This document shows positions 50,505 through 61,687 of a stretch of DNA of 64,000 nt, piece after piece. The first letter of the stretch is position 1; every line of letters begins with the position of its first letter. Source of the stretch: an uncultured Verrucomicrobiae bacterium (lineage in GTDB: Bacteria > Verrucomicrobiota > Verrucomicrobiia > Limisphaerales > JAFGQR01); contig CAWBHS010000110.1 in the NCBI GenBank assembly GCA_963788655.1, positions 139,299-203,298 on the forward strand, given 5' to 3'. A program made the position numbers and the translations under genes. The notes under the pieces are model-generated. The model was given only the letters and a program-made list of their open reading frames with translations, ran no database searches and was not told the DNA's origin.

Positions 50505-53500
50505 TTACGGCATTTGGGGTGTGACTATTCGATAAAAGCGGGTTGGAGTGGCTAACCGTAGCGTCGGTAACGTCCACCGGACCAGTGCTGGTCGGGGCCG
50601 GCACGTCGGCGAGTTTCAGCCACGAACCGGCCAGCGAATCGCGAAACTGCACCGTGTAGGTCTTACCGGCCACGGCTTCGAATTGCAGGACGTTCGTAGA
50701 ACCGTCCGGCGCTTCAAAGATTACCTTGAGATAACTGGCCGCGTTGGTCGGATTGGTGCCGGCGCGGTACTCGTTCAGGTTCGACATTCCGTCGCCGTCG
50801 GAGTCCAGCGCACCGTCGTCGGCGTTCGCTGGATTCAATCCGAACATGTTCTCCCAGTCGTCCGGCACGTGGTCCCCGTCGGTGTCGGCCACCACGGTGA
50901 TGCTCACCAGCGAGCTGCCCAGGCCCAAGCCGGTGGTCGCGGCGTTGCGCACGGCCACGCGATACTTCGTGGTTTCCTGAACGTTGGTGATCGTATAACT
51001 GTCACTCGGCTCGTTGACCACATTGGTCCAGACGGGCGTGGAGAGTTGACGCCATTCATACGTCACGGGCAACGTGGCGTTGTGATCGACCACTACCGAG
51101 AGCGTGACGTTGTCGCCCTTGACCACACTCTGCGCCTGCGGATTCACCACGATGGTCGGCTTGACCAGCATCTTGAGGGTCCACGGTAGGCTGGTCGCGC
51201 TGCTGGTGGCGTCGGAAAGGTCCACGGTGTAGGCTCCAGCTTGCTCCGGTTGGACGTTGTCCAGTCGCAACGTGGCAGTCGTGGCGCCGGAAATGCCATT
51301 GCCGTCGGTCAGGAGCGCGCCGCTGAATCGCCATTGGTACGTGAGCGGACCATTACCGCTGGCGGTCACGGGGAAGGTGACGTTCGCGCCAACGTCGGCA
51401 AACACGTCCGTCGGTGGAGCAAGCACTTCCAGCGGGAGGACCACGTTCCAATTCGCCGGATCATCGCCGTATGATGCGAGGGTCGATTCGCACCAGCACG
51501 GCGCCACCGCCATCGGCAGCGGGCGGCCACGGCGCGTGATCCTCGTATTCGACCTGGTCCACGCGGAGGTATTGCACCCCGTTGGTTCCGGGCACGTCCG
51601 GGCGTTTGATTTCCACGGTGTCGCTATCGTTGTTCAATTTTCCGCCGTACGGTCCGAACAACGACGCGCCGGCCAACGTAATGTATCTGCTGCGGAAGGC
51701 TGCCACGGCCACGGGATCGTTGGGATCGAAGTTGGCCAGCACGAGTGAACCATTGGCGGGGAGCGTCACGCCAGTCGGGAAGTCGAAGTTCACGCCGCCG
51801 CGCAGATGCCAGGTGTTGGTCGGAAACGCCGGATCGAACAACGGCACCGGAGCGGACGTGAAGTTCACCAGTTCGATGAATTCGTCCGCGGCATTGTCGA
51901 GGCCGCCGGGCAAGTCCGGCGGATGATACATGATCTGGCGAATGACCACGGGCCCGATCACCGGACCGGCATTGGTGGCGCCGAGAGTGTTAGCGGTTTG
52001 CAGTTCGAGTTTCTCGTCCCCGGAGGCGCTGACATATCGGCCAATGGTCACGCCGACCGGCGAGGCGTCGAAGTTGAAACCATGGCTGTAACCAGTCAGG
52101 TTGCCGCTGCTGTCACCGGACAACAAATACACCTGCTCGCCACCCGAACTGAGCGCAAAGCTGCCGTTGGTGCCGGGCGTGGAATTGAAGTTTGTTTCCG
52201 ACAACACCAGGTAGCCGCCGGCTGGAATCGTGGTGCCCGCCGGAATCTGATATTTTTGCGGCAAACTTGCATCGTCCGTGAGCCACCAACCCCCAATGTC
52301 CGCGAGCGTTTCGCTGGGATTGTAGAGTTCGATGCTGTCCACTTCCGGCGGCGCGGAGTTGGCCAGGATTTCATTGATGACAATGGGCGGAATTGACGGC
52401 GCTGGATCGTCCGCGCCCGGCGAACCGCCCGGATTCGTGCTGGCGCGCCAATTGTCCGGTGACCCGGGATTCGGACCTGCATTGGGATCTTTCGGCACCA
52501 ACGAGAAGCCGAAGCCCGCCGCGGTGATCGGCCATCTGCCGCGGTTGTTGTAACTGAATGACAGGACCGTGCCACCCAGCGGATGCGCAATCGCGATTCG
52601 CTCCCCGGCATTGTCGAGCTTGCCGGTGTAAACGCCGTTGACGGTCAAGCCCGGATATTTGCTGGCGAGCGCTCCGGGCTCCCGTCCCAACACAAAGAAC
52701 TGGCCCGGCGCCAGGCGCGTACCGTTGGTGAACGTGAAGCTGATGCCGTCGCTGAAGATCAACCCGCTCAAGTCGAGCACGGACGTGCCGGTGTTCTTCA
52801 ATTCGAGAAATTCGAAGTATTCGCCGGGCACGGCGCCGAAGAACGGCGGTTCATACATGATTTCACTCACGATCAGACTGCTGAAATCCTGGGACGTGTA
52901 GAACGTGGCTTCGACAATACCGCTCCACGCGCCGCCGCTCAGCGTGCGGGCACGGACGACCGTCTGGTATTGAATCGGGATGGCGGTGTTCGGCGGGTAA
53001 GCCAGCGCCGTGCTATTGACGGCCCCGCCCAACCGCCGCGGATCCGAGCCGTCGGTCGTGTAGTAAATGGTGCCCGAGCCGTTGACGTTGGTGAGGAACA
53101 GGCTGAAACCGGGCGCCACCAGCCCGCCCCATTGGCTCAGCGTGGGCGCGCTGACATTGGGGAACAGGTTCACGCTGCGGAGTTGGTTCAGGACCACCGG
53201 CGCCCGCTGCGGGATGAAGGTCGCGGCTACGAACCGCAGGGTGTTGAGCCAGTCGGTGCGGGTGAGTGCGGGCGAGTGGTTGGCGTTACCCCAGCGCGCG
53301 CTTTCGGCGTTGACGGCCTGATAAATCTCATTGCTGCGCGACATTAACCGGCTCAGCGCCGCCTCGGAGGTGAACGCGCCGCCGTTGAAGAAATGTTTTT
53401 GCACGTGGTCGGCCACCTTGATTCGGAACTCGGCGTTGCCCCACATCTGTTGCCACACGTATTGTGGATTGCTCTTGGACAAGCCGCCGCCGGTGGCCGG

Positions 53501-56473
53501 GTCGCCTGCCGCAAACGGCCCGATGCGATTGGCGTTCACGTCCAGCAGGGTATGCTCGGAATCGTGCGCCACGAATCGGAAGCCGCCATGCGTGCCGGTG
53601 CGGTCGCGGATGGCGAAGAAATTGTTCGGCGCGGTGTTGCCCAGGAAGTTGGAAATCGGCGCGTCGAGGTTGCCGCCGTAAAGAATGACCAGCATGTAGT
53701 CGATGAGGTTGTCCACGTCGATCAGGTTTTCGAACGCTGGATTGGGCGTGCCGTCCGGGTTCATTCCTTGCACGCGGAAATAGTCGGGGTTGCTGCTCAA
53801 GCCGTTCGTGGCGGCCATCCACAGCCGGGTCCACGCCCGCATGTCCCCGTCGGTGGCGTAGATGACATAGCCGTCGTCCGGCGCGACCTTGATGACGTTG
53901 TAATTGGTGTCAGAGCCGCCGAAGTAACTGGCGCCGAAATGGGCCTCGGGCCGTTCGTCAGTATTGTAAATACCCCAGTACGCGCCGTTGACGTAGAGAT
54001 GATACAACTCGCCACGGCTGCCCGGCTGACCCATGGCCAATTGCGAATCGCGACTGAAAATATCGCGCAAGGCGATGAACAACGTGCTGCCATCGAAGCT
54101 CCACGAGTAATTTTGAAACGTGCGCAAGTCGAACTTGTCGAACGCGTCCGCTCCGGTCGGGCCGAACATGGGGTATTGCAGCTTGCCGGGACCGTAGTCA
54201 TTGCGGAAGAACAGGCGGAAGCCGTGCTTGGGATTGTCCGCGCTGCGACTGTATCCGCCCCGTACGCGAATGCCGCAATTGACCTGCCAGCCCGGCGTGC
54301 CATCCGGGAAAATGAGTTCCAACGAACAGGGCCGTTCCCAGGCGATGGTGTCGCCCTGGGCGTTGGCGTAAAAGCCGGTTTGCGGATCGAACAGATCATT
54401 CAAATCCATTACCACCGAAAACGTCGGCAGGGATTTCAGGTCGTCGATGATGGTGGCGGAAACGGACGAATTGTTCAGCACGTTGGCGTCAAATCCGTAA
54501 TCGTAAGTCTGAGAGCCCGTGCCCCGGGCCCGCGGTGCCGGCCATTCCGGGGTGGGTGACACACCTTCCTTTTGCTGAATGACGTCGTTCAGAAACACGT
54601 AGGTTTCTGTGTCCACGTCGGAGGCATACATCCCGGTCTTGTACGCCGCAGCGCGAAGCGTGGTGGTTTGGTCAATGGTCAATGGTGCCGAATAGACCGT
54701 CCCATTGCTCGGCGACGGCACGCTGCCATTGAGGGTGTAGTAAATCGTGGCGTTGGGTGTCGCGGACGTGATCGCGACGGTTTGGGGCGTGGCAAAGAAT
54801 CCGCGGTCCCCGCTGAACTTGGTGTCGGCAACGAATCCTGCCACCGGCTCACTCGCGTTGGGCGCGCCGGGAGTGGGCGCAGCGTAATACTGGTAATTCG
54901 TCGTGTCCGGCGCCACGTCATATTCGGCAAGTTGGGCCTGGATCAAGAAATCCGTGTCATCGGCCGCCACGTTCAGTCCCTGGATGGCGAGCACGTTGCT
55001 GCCGGTGAGCAACAGTCCCAATTGCTCGGTGAGGTTGATGTCCTCGGTGGCTGTGGCCGAGTGCGTGGCCGTGGCCGTCGAGTTCCATTGCGGCGTGGCG
55101 GGCGCGTTGCGGCGGGCGATTTCCGTGCCGTTCAAATATGCCACAAAACCGTCGTCGTAACGCATGGTGAGCGTGAGCGAGGCCAGGAACGCAGCATCCG
55201 CGACGGTGAAGGGGATGCGAATGTAGGCGCTGGCGTTGAGGTTGGCCATCTGCGATTGCACATCGGTGCGGATCAAACTGCGATAGCCGACGCCGTTGTT
55301 GTTGGCGACCGGTTGCGAACTGACTGCCAGCCCGCCACTGGCCGTGTCGCCGACCAGGGCAAAATTGGCGCCCCACGCACTGTAGTTGCCCTGCGCCGCA
55401 TACAATTCCACTTCCGAGCCGCCGCCGCGTTCGAAGAAGACCAGCCGCAGCGGATATTCGCCGGCGGCCGGAAAATTGAACGATTGCACCGTGTCGCCCG
55501 GACCGCGCAGGCAGTCACACAAGACCACGTAACTGCCAATGGTGACCCGAAACCCATCGTCGCTGTTCACGCCAAACGACCAATATCCGGGCGCGGGTAT
55601 GGAGACGGTGCCCACAGCTTCCAGCGCGTAATCCTCCTGGTCCGCGCCGGTGGTGAAACCCGGCACCGAGCGGTCATTGCCATAGTGGGAGCCGCTGCCG
55701 GTGTTCACGTAGTTCACCACCGGGCTGTTCTCGCCGTAAACCGCGTCTTGTTGCGCTGGCGTGCTGATAAGGGATTCGGCCTTGGCAATCGTATCGATCA
55801 GGTTCCCGGTCTTGGCCTTGTAAGTGTGAACCGCGAATCCCGGCACGCTGGTTTCATAGCCCACCCCATTGGGGCCAAGGCGCCAGGTGACGTGGCTGAA
55901 CTCCGGCTCCTTCCAGGCTGAACCAAGTGATCCGTCCGCAGGCACGAGCACGCGGACCAATGAGTTGGAAGTGATCAAGGGAGTGACGGTGACCGTCTGC
56001 ATTTGGCCGTAGGAAAAGCCGCGATGTTGCGGAGGATACTCGGGCGCGAACTGCGAGGCAATGGTCACCCCATCCGGATGCACCAGCGCCAGGTATTCGC
56101 CACCGGAGGCCAGGTTGAAGCTGGTGTGCAAGGGCGCGCCGGGTAGCGCCCGGTCTTTGCCACTGGCGAACACGAGCAGGAATCCCTTGGGCGGCAGGTT
56201 GGTGGCGGGAAACGTCCATTTGCCCAGGTCGGCGGCGTCATCCGTCAAATGCCAGCCCTGGAGATTCACGGCGACGAAACTCGAGTTGTAAATCTCAATC
56301 CAATCCGCGTCGGTGCCGTCTTCGTCCAATACGGCGCCGTCGTTATCGGCAACAAATTCGGAGATGAAAACGGCATCTTGCGCGCAACTCGAAGGGGGCA
56401 GCAGACTCAGGGCGGCGAAAAGGCTGATCGAGGCCAGCGCGGATTGGCCGGCAGTGATGGATTTGAACAACAT
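50505..56473 (-). CDS. Giant secreted (~1990 aa) CotH kinase-family protein with lamin-tail, PA14-like, FN3/chitobiase, Ig and Asp-rich modules (frameshifts ~51480 and ~50555)
   Basis: LTD repeats (ISEF/SEIMY/INEIL...FIEL.N), SDDGFRV, IYYTLNGS.P and IYYTTDGSDP, CotH-like LYVNGAYWGIYNTDERP and HDSEH, Ig LTYQWR, DSDGDGMSNLNEYRAGTNP. Confidence 0.82.
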
Positions 56474-56709
56474 AAGTACCGACTTCGGAAAGAACTTAGG
56501 CCAACTTGAGCTGCAGGACAACCGGCGGCCATCGAATAGCGCCATTTTTCAAGGGAATTGGTCGATTTCCGCGAGGGTGGAAGGGTCGCTTCCGTGCCGC
56601 GCTGCCGGCTTTGGCCGCGCGCAACCAGGAACCTCGAACCACAATGGTGATGGTGTACATTCGAATCTTTTGCAGTAAAGCACACGAATCTGACATGCGG
56701 CTAAATGGG

Positions 56710-56729
56710 AAATGACAGTTTTGTCATTT
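56710..56729. promoter_or_regulatory. Perfect palindromic operator candidate AAATGACA-N4-TGTCATTT
   Basis: 8-bp perfect inverted repeat ~240 bp upstream of the giant gene. Confidence 0.45.
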
Positions 56730-56754
56730 GGCTGACGTTGGCCAATCCATTGCT

Positions 56755-56925
56755 GGTAGGGCGCGACTCATTCGAGCCCTGACTTCTCCGAGGCGCATTC
56801 ATTAACCACGTGGCGAAGAAAGGGAAATCCCTGACGTTCGCAACGCCGTAGGCTTTCCGCGGTTGCGGTTGATGTACTCGGGAGCAAGGCGGGAAAGTCA
56901 GGGCTCGACGGAGTCTCGCCCTACC
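56755..56925. mobile_element. ~170-bp MITE/REPIN-like element, family C, copy 3
   Basis: GGTAGGGCGCGACTCATTCGAGCCCTGACTT ... AAGTCAGGGCTCGACGGAGTCTCGCCCTACC. Confidence 0.82.
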
Positions 56926-57002
56926 GCGATTGGGGTGCTGCTTCTCGGCAGTAGAACACCATTCCCATTTGCTCGCACCGCGGAAATCTTGGACGGCTCA
57001 TC

Positions 57003-57073
57003 TCACCGCCAAGGCACGAAGGGCGCAAAGGGGCTCTGCGACGGACTTTGCGCCCTTCGTGCCTTGGCGGTGA
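57003..57073. repeat. Perfect 28-bp inverted repeat with ~9-nt periodicity
   Basis: TCACCGCCAAGGCACGAAGGGCGCAAAG ... CTTTGCGCCCTTCGTGCCTTGGCGGTGA. Confidence 0.85.
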
Positions 57074-57229
57074 ATCAGGCCATCCACCGGCAGCCAGGAC
57101 GTTCAAAGTCGATATACGCTCGCTCCGATTCCTGGCGTCGAAGGTTGCTGCCGAACACAAATGGAATGCTTCGGATCTCGGCCAGTGGGCTTCTTTCGGT
57201 TTTCGTATTTCGAACTTCGGAGTTCTGCC

Positions 57230-59039
57230 TCAACCCTTCTTCGCCACTTTCAATTCCAGGTGCAGTTCCTTGAGCTGCTTGGGCTCGACGCTGCCGGGGG
57301 ACTCGGTCATCAGGCAGGTGCCTTTGGCGGTTTTCGGGAAAGCAATCACGTCGCGGATGCTCGGCGTGTCTGCAGAGAATCGCGCATCAGGCGATCAAAG
57401 CCGAGCGCGATGCCGCCGTGCGGCGGCGCGCCGTAGCGGAACGCCTCCAGCATGTAACCGAACCGCGCCTTCGCCATCGTCCGGCGGGATTTGCAGAACC
57501 TCCTCGAAGATGGTTTTCTGCACGTCCGGCTGGTGAATACGAATCGAGCCGCCGCCCAGTTCCACGCCGTTGACCACCACGTCGTAATGCTGGCCGCGGA
57601 CTTTCTTGGGATCGGTCTTGAGCAGCGGGATGTCTTCCGCCACCGGCGCGGTGAACGGATGATGGCTCGAATACCAGCGGTTCTGTTCCTTGTCGAAACT
57701 GAGCAGCGGAAAATCCACCACCCACAGAAAATCAAACCGGTCGGCCGGAATCGTCAGCTTGCCCTGCGCCTTCAAGACGTCCGCGCAGTAAAGACGGATT
57801 TTGCCGAGAATTTCGCAGGCGTTCAGCCATTGATCGGCGGCGAACAGAATCAAGTCGCCTTCCTCGATGGCCAGCTTCTGTCGTGAGCGCGGCCTTTTCG
57901 GCGTCGGTGAAAAATTTCACGATGGGCGATTTCCATTCGCCGTTTTCCACCTTGATGTACGCCAGGCCTTTCGCGCCGAAACTTTTGGCGTATTCGGTCA
58001 TCGTTTCCATCTGGCCCTGCGTCGCGCCAGGCCAGGCCTTTGGCATTGATGGCCTTGACCACGCCGCCGTTGGCGATCGCGCCGCTGAACACTTTGAAGC
58101 TGCTGCCGCGAAATTCCTCGGTGAAATCCACCAGTTCCATGCCGAAACGCGTGTCCGGCTTGTCGATGCCGTAGCGGTTCATCGCTTCCTGGAACGTGAT
58201 GCGCTTGAACGGCGTGGGAATGTCCATGTCCAGCGCCGACTTTCCAGACGCGCTTCAGCAGGCCTTCGATCACGCTGTAAATGTCCTCGCGCTCGATGAA
58301 GGTCATCTCGACGTCGATCTGCGTGAATTCCGGCTGGCGGTCGGCGCGCTGGTCTTCGTCGCGAAAACAGCGGGCGAGTTGGTAATACCGTTCCACGCCG
58401 GCGACCATCAGGATTTGCTTGAACTGCTGCGGCGACTGCGGCAAGCGCGTAAAACGTCCCGGGCTCGCGGCGGTTCGGCACGAGAAATTCGCGCGCGCCT
58501 TCGGGCGTGGACTTGAAGAGCATCGGCGTTTCGACTTCGAGGAAGCCTTGCTTCGTCCATGAACATGCCGCGTGGCGGTGGCGACCTTGCTGCGCAGACG
58601 AAGATTGCGCGCCATCTCCGGCCGGCGCAAATCCAGATAGCGATATTGCAGCCGCAATTCCTCGTTCACCTTGCTGGCGACTTCGGGGTCGTCCACTGGA
58701 AACGGCAGCACGTCGGCCAGGTTCAGCACTTCCAATTCCTGGGCCATGCACCTCGACTTCGCCGGTGGGAATTTTGGGGTTGTTGGTGCCTTCGGGCCGC
58801 TGGCGCACCTTGCCGGTGACGCGGATGACGCATTCGCTGCGCAGGGCGGCGGCGCGGTCGAACAGGTCCTGCGGCAGGTCCGACGGATCGAATACCGTCT
58901 GCGTGCGGCCTTCGCGGTCGCGGACGTCAATAAAGATCACTCCGCCCAGATCGCGGCGGGAATGAACCCAGCCGGACAAGGTGACCGTTTGCCCGATGTG
59001 TGCCGGGCGCAATTCGTTGCAATGATGCGTGCGTTTCAT
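57230..59039 (-). CDS. aspS: Aspartate--tRNA ligase (many frameshifts, probably sequence errors)
   Basis: [114 protein letters not shown]. Confidence 0.95.
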
Positions 59040-59550
59040 GAATGTGTGTCCCTGCCGCAGCCGCAGTCAACCGGCCCGTCAGGGAACGCGGATGTTGGCG
59101 GGAAATTTCGCCATGGAATTCAACTTGAAATCCGGGCGAATGGTGGGACGCGCGAATCGCTGGATGATTGACAGGCAGCATAGACGCGTGGCAGAAAGCC
59201 GGAACGATCAGTGTGAAGCGGCTGACGTGCCGCAGTACGCGACCAACTGCGTGGGGAAACGTTTGCTCCAAGCGAAGGCAATCCGGTCACTTTCCGGTGA
59301 CTGGTGGGCCTCCGGACCGCCTGTTCCCGTTAAAGTCAGCGTACTCACGAACGCAGCCACAGTCACTTTTCGCTTGGCTCGACGGCACGCATACGGAAAT
59401 TTGCAGCGACTTGGTTGATGGTTGCGTGGATTGGGGAGCACGCCTGTTTCGGTCGTTGCCGGACGCGCCTCGTGTGGGGCGAATGCGGATTCGGCCTACA
59501 TTCCGCTAGTCCACCCGTTGGGCCACGACTTAAACAGCGTTCGCCGCCCC

Positions 59551-59686
59551 GCCCAACCTTTCCATCAGCAATCAGCGCCACCATTTTCGCATGGCTCACA
59601 GCGCAAATGCGCAAGTTTTCAACGTTGACAATTACGTCAAACGCGGAGTTTTCTCCACCCGTTGGCACGCCTGAACAGCGTTCGGC
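59551..59686 (+). other. Degenerate attC-like site
   Basis: Starts GCCCAAC (RYYYAAC) and ends GTTCGGC (6 of 7 complementary); right arm duplicated at 59510-59543. Confidence 0.4.
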
Positions 59687-60329
59687 ATCGGAAGTCAAAA
59701 TCGAGCTGACATGCCGCAATCGGCCTACTTCGATATGGCATTACCCTGATCAAGACGTTGATGCCAATCGCGGCTGTGGTGCTTTTTCAGGCGCACTTTG
59801 TATCTGCGGTCTTGCCTGACGGGGAGTTATCCTTTGGTGCTTCGAGATTGGTCGCATCGCTCGGCAATCGCTGGAAAGGCATCATTGCGACATAAGCGCA
59901 CTGGTCGATGTCCGATGATCCAAGAGTACGCAGGGCTCAGATGAACCGCTTGAGAGCGGAAACTTTGACGCGGTCGGCATTTGATGATCCTCCGTCCCAT
60001 GTTCGCGGAGGAATTTTGTGTCTTATTGAGCGAGGGCAAATTCAAGAAGGTTCATTTGTATTTATCTCCATCATCAAGGGACTGGCACCTATTGGGAAGC
60101 TGAAGGCGAATGGCAGCAAATGACCAGAACAGCCCATGTCGGAAGAAATGGGCCTGACGCTAGAGCGAGCACATGGTGGACTGCCTCCCGCAGATCAGAT
60201 GATGTCGGATGGTGCTATATTTCTGATCGGCAGTGGAGTTCAGTAGGCGATTACAGTCGTGGTCAGTAGAATCCGGACGAATTCTAACCGATCACGCAAC
60301 TCGAATTTGGCTCAGCCATAACATGAAAT

Positions 60330-60422
60330 GCTGAACAAGTCAGATTCAACGAACCCTGCGATGGCGCTGCTGTTTACATTCGAAGATCAATGGCGCCGGG
60401 TTGCTGATGCTGAGCGTTGGCT
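60330..60422 (+). other. attC-like integron recombination site
   Basis: GCTGAAC...ATTCAACGAACCC / GGGTTGCTGAT...GTTGGCT with unpaired bases; ATG follows immediately. Confidence 0.55.
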
Positions 60423-60541
60423 ATGAGCGAGGCCGATGTCCATTGCGTGAAGATTTCCTTTAAACCAATCCGACTTCGGGCATGCTGATCCTGCCCGGGC
60501 GACGCGATCACGACCGGGAGCGGGCTGAACGCGCTCATTCT

Positions 60542-60964
60542 TCAGCGCCTCGCACTTTTTGGGATTGTCACCGTATAGCTGAACTCCACCTTCCATTCGT
60601 TACTGACCAGGAAGGTACACCAAAGCACGTGGCCGTTGGTAGGTGTTCCCGTCATCAGTTCGGAATAGACGGCGGCAAAGACCGGATTTCTTCGCTCAAT
60701 TTTGAGTATTGTCGGAACCCGCACCGCAAACCGTTTCTTGATTCGACCAGGTGCCGCGCAAAGACTGTCGAAGGACCAGTTGCCCAGGATGGGGGGATGG
60801 ACCGCCCGGCGCAATGCTCGGCTGATACCGCTAAGATCCTGCTCGGAAAAATCGCCCACCACCCGAAATCGAGGCACGGACTCACGCATCACCAAAACGC
60901 TAATGAAGGTTATGCCGATGACCCCGCAGCACAGCAGAAGGATTTTTCGAAGGATTGTTTTCAC
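60542..60964 (-). CDS. Hypothetical protein with N-terminal hydrophobic segment
   Basis: ~140-aa ORF 'KTILRKILLLCCGVIGITFISVLV...'; lower GC; start uncertain. Confidence 0.5.
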   Translation of the reverse strand: MKTILRKILLLCCGVIGITFISVLVMRESVPRFRVVGDFSEQDLSGISRALRRAVHPPILGNWSFDSLCAAPGRIKKRFAVRVPTILKIERRNPVFAAVYSELMTGTPTNGHVLWCTFLVSNEWKVEFSYTVTIPKSARR

Positions 60965-61131
60965 AGTCTTTTCAAATTGCGCGTCATAATCCAAGCCAAC
61001 CAAACGAAAGCTAAAACCACGGTAATTAACATTCCAAGTCGGAAATGCCTGATGCTCGCCGTGGTTTGCTTCCTTTCCGGTTGATTAACGTCCGGGCCAC
61101 CTCTATCGTCCGCGCGTACGATGCGCCTGAC

Positions 61132-61350
61132 ATGAACTATATCTGCCATGAAGAGCGGCAGATTTTGATGCTGCTCCAAGCGAGTCCCGACCGGTTCTTT
61201 TCCGCGGGGGAAATCTGCAAACGCGCCGCGTCCCGCAAGCTTTACACGGAGAACCCGCGATGGGCCATCCCGCACCTGCACAGCCTGCTCGACAAAGCCA
61301 TGGTGGAACGCGACTCCACGGGCCACTACCGGTTTCTCAAGGCGGATTGA
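61132..61350 (+). CDS. Small winged-helix-like protein (72 aa)
   Basis: EERQILMLL...FFSAGEICKRA...LHSLLDKAMVERDSTGHYR helix-helix-helix-wing pattern. Confidence 0.65.
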   Translation: MNYICHEERQILMLLQASPDRFFSAGEICKRAASRKLYTENPRWAIPHLHSLLDKAMVERDSTGHYRFLKAD

Positions 61351-61687
61351 GCACGATTCGGGCTGCTGAGCGACGCGGCGTTCAACCTCCTCAAGCCGCG
61401 AAACGCGCGGCAATCAGCGTTAGGAGAGTTTACTTGCAATAGAAGCAGGTGTTCCTGCGATCTCCTCGGAGCATCCGACAAATCAGTTTGCGTCCGTCTC
61501 AGGAGTGCGACGCAAGTTATTTACAGACAAAGGCATCCGCGAATCAAAGCGGAGAGGTGGTCACGGACTACGTTCCACCCATTCCGTGAATCACCTAATT
61601 GTCTTCGCAGTTCTACGGAGCCGAACAACCGTAGTAAATCACCGTCGCCTCCATTGAATCGTTGCTTGAGATGACGAATACATCCTC

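Noticed and set aside
57230..59039. Programmed frameshifting or true pseudogenes in aspS and proS
   Set aside because: Too many shifts in essential genes with otherwise intact motifs; sequence error is more parsimonious.
61500..61640. Cyclic-di-GMP riboswitch upstream of the surface-protein gene
   Set aside because: The GGCAAA/GAAA tetraloop/GCAAAGC consensus could not be matched.
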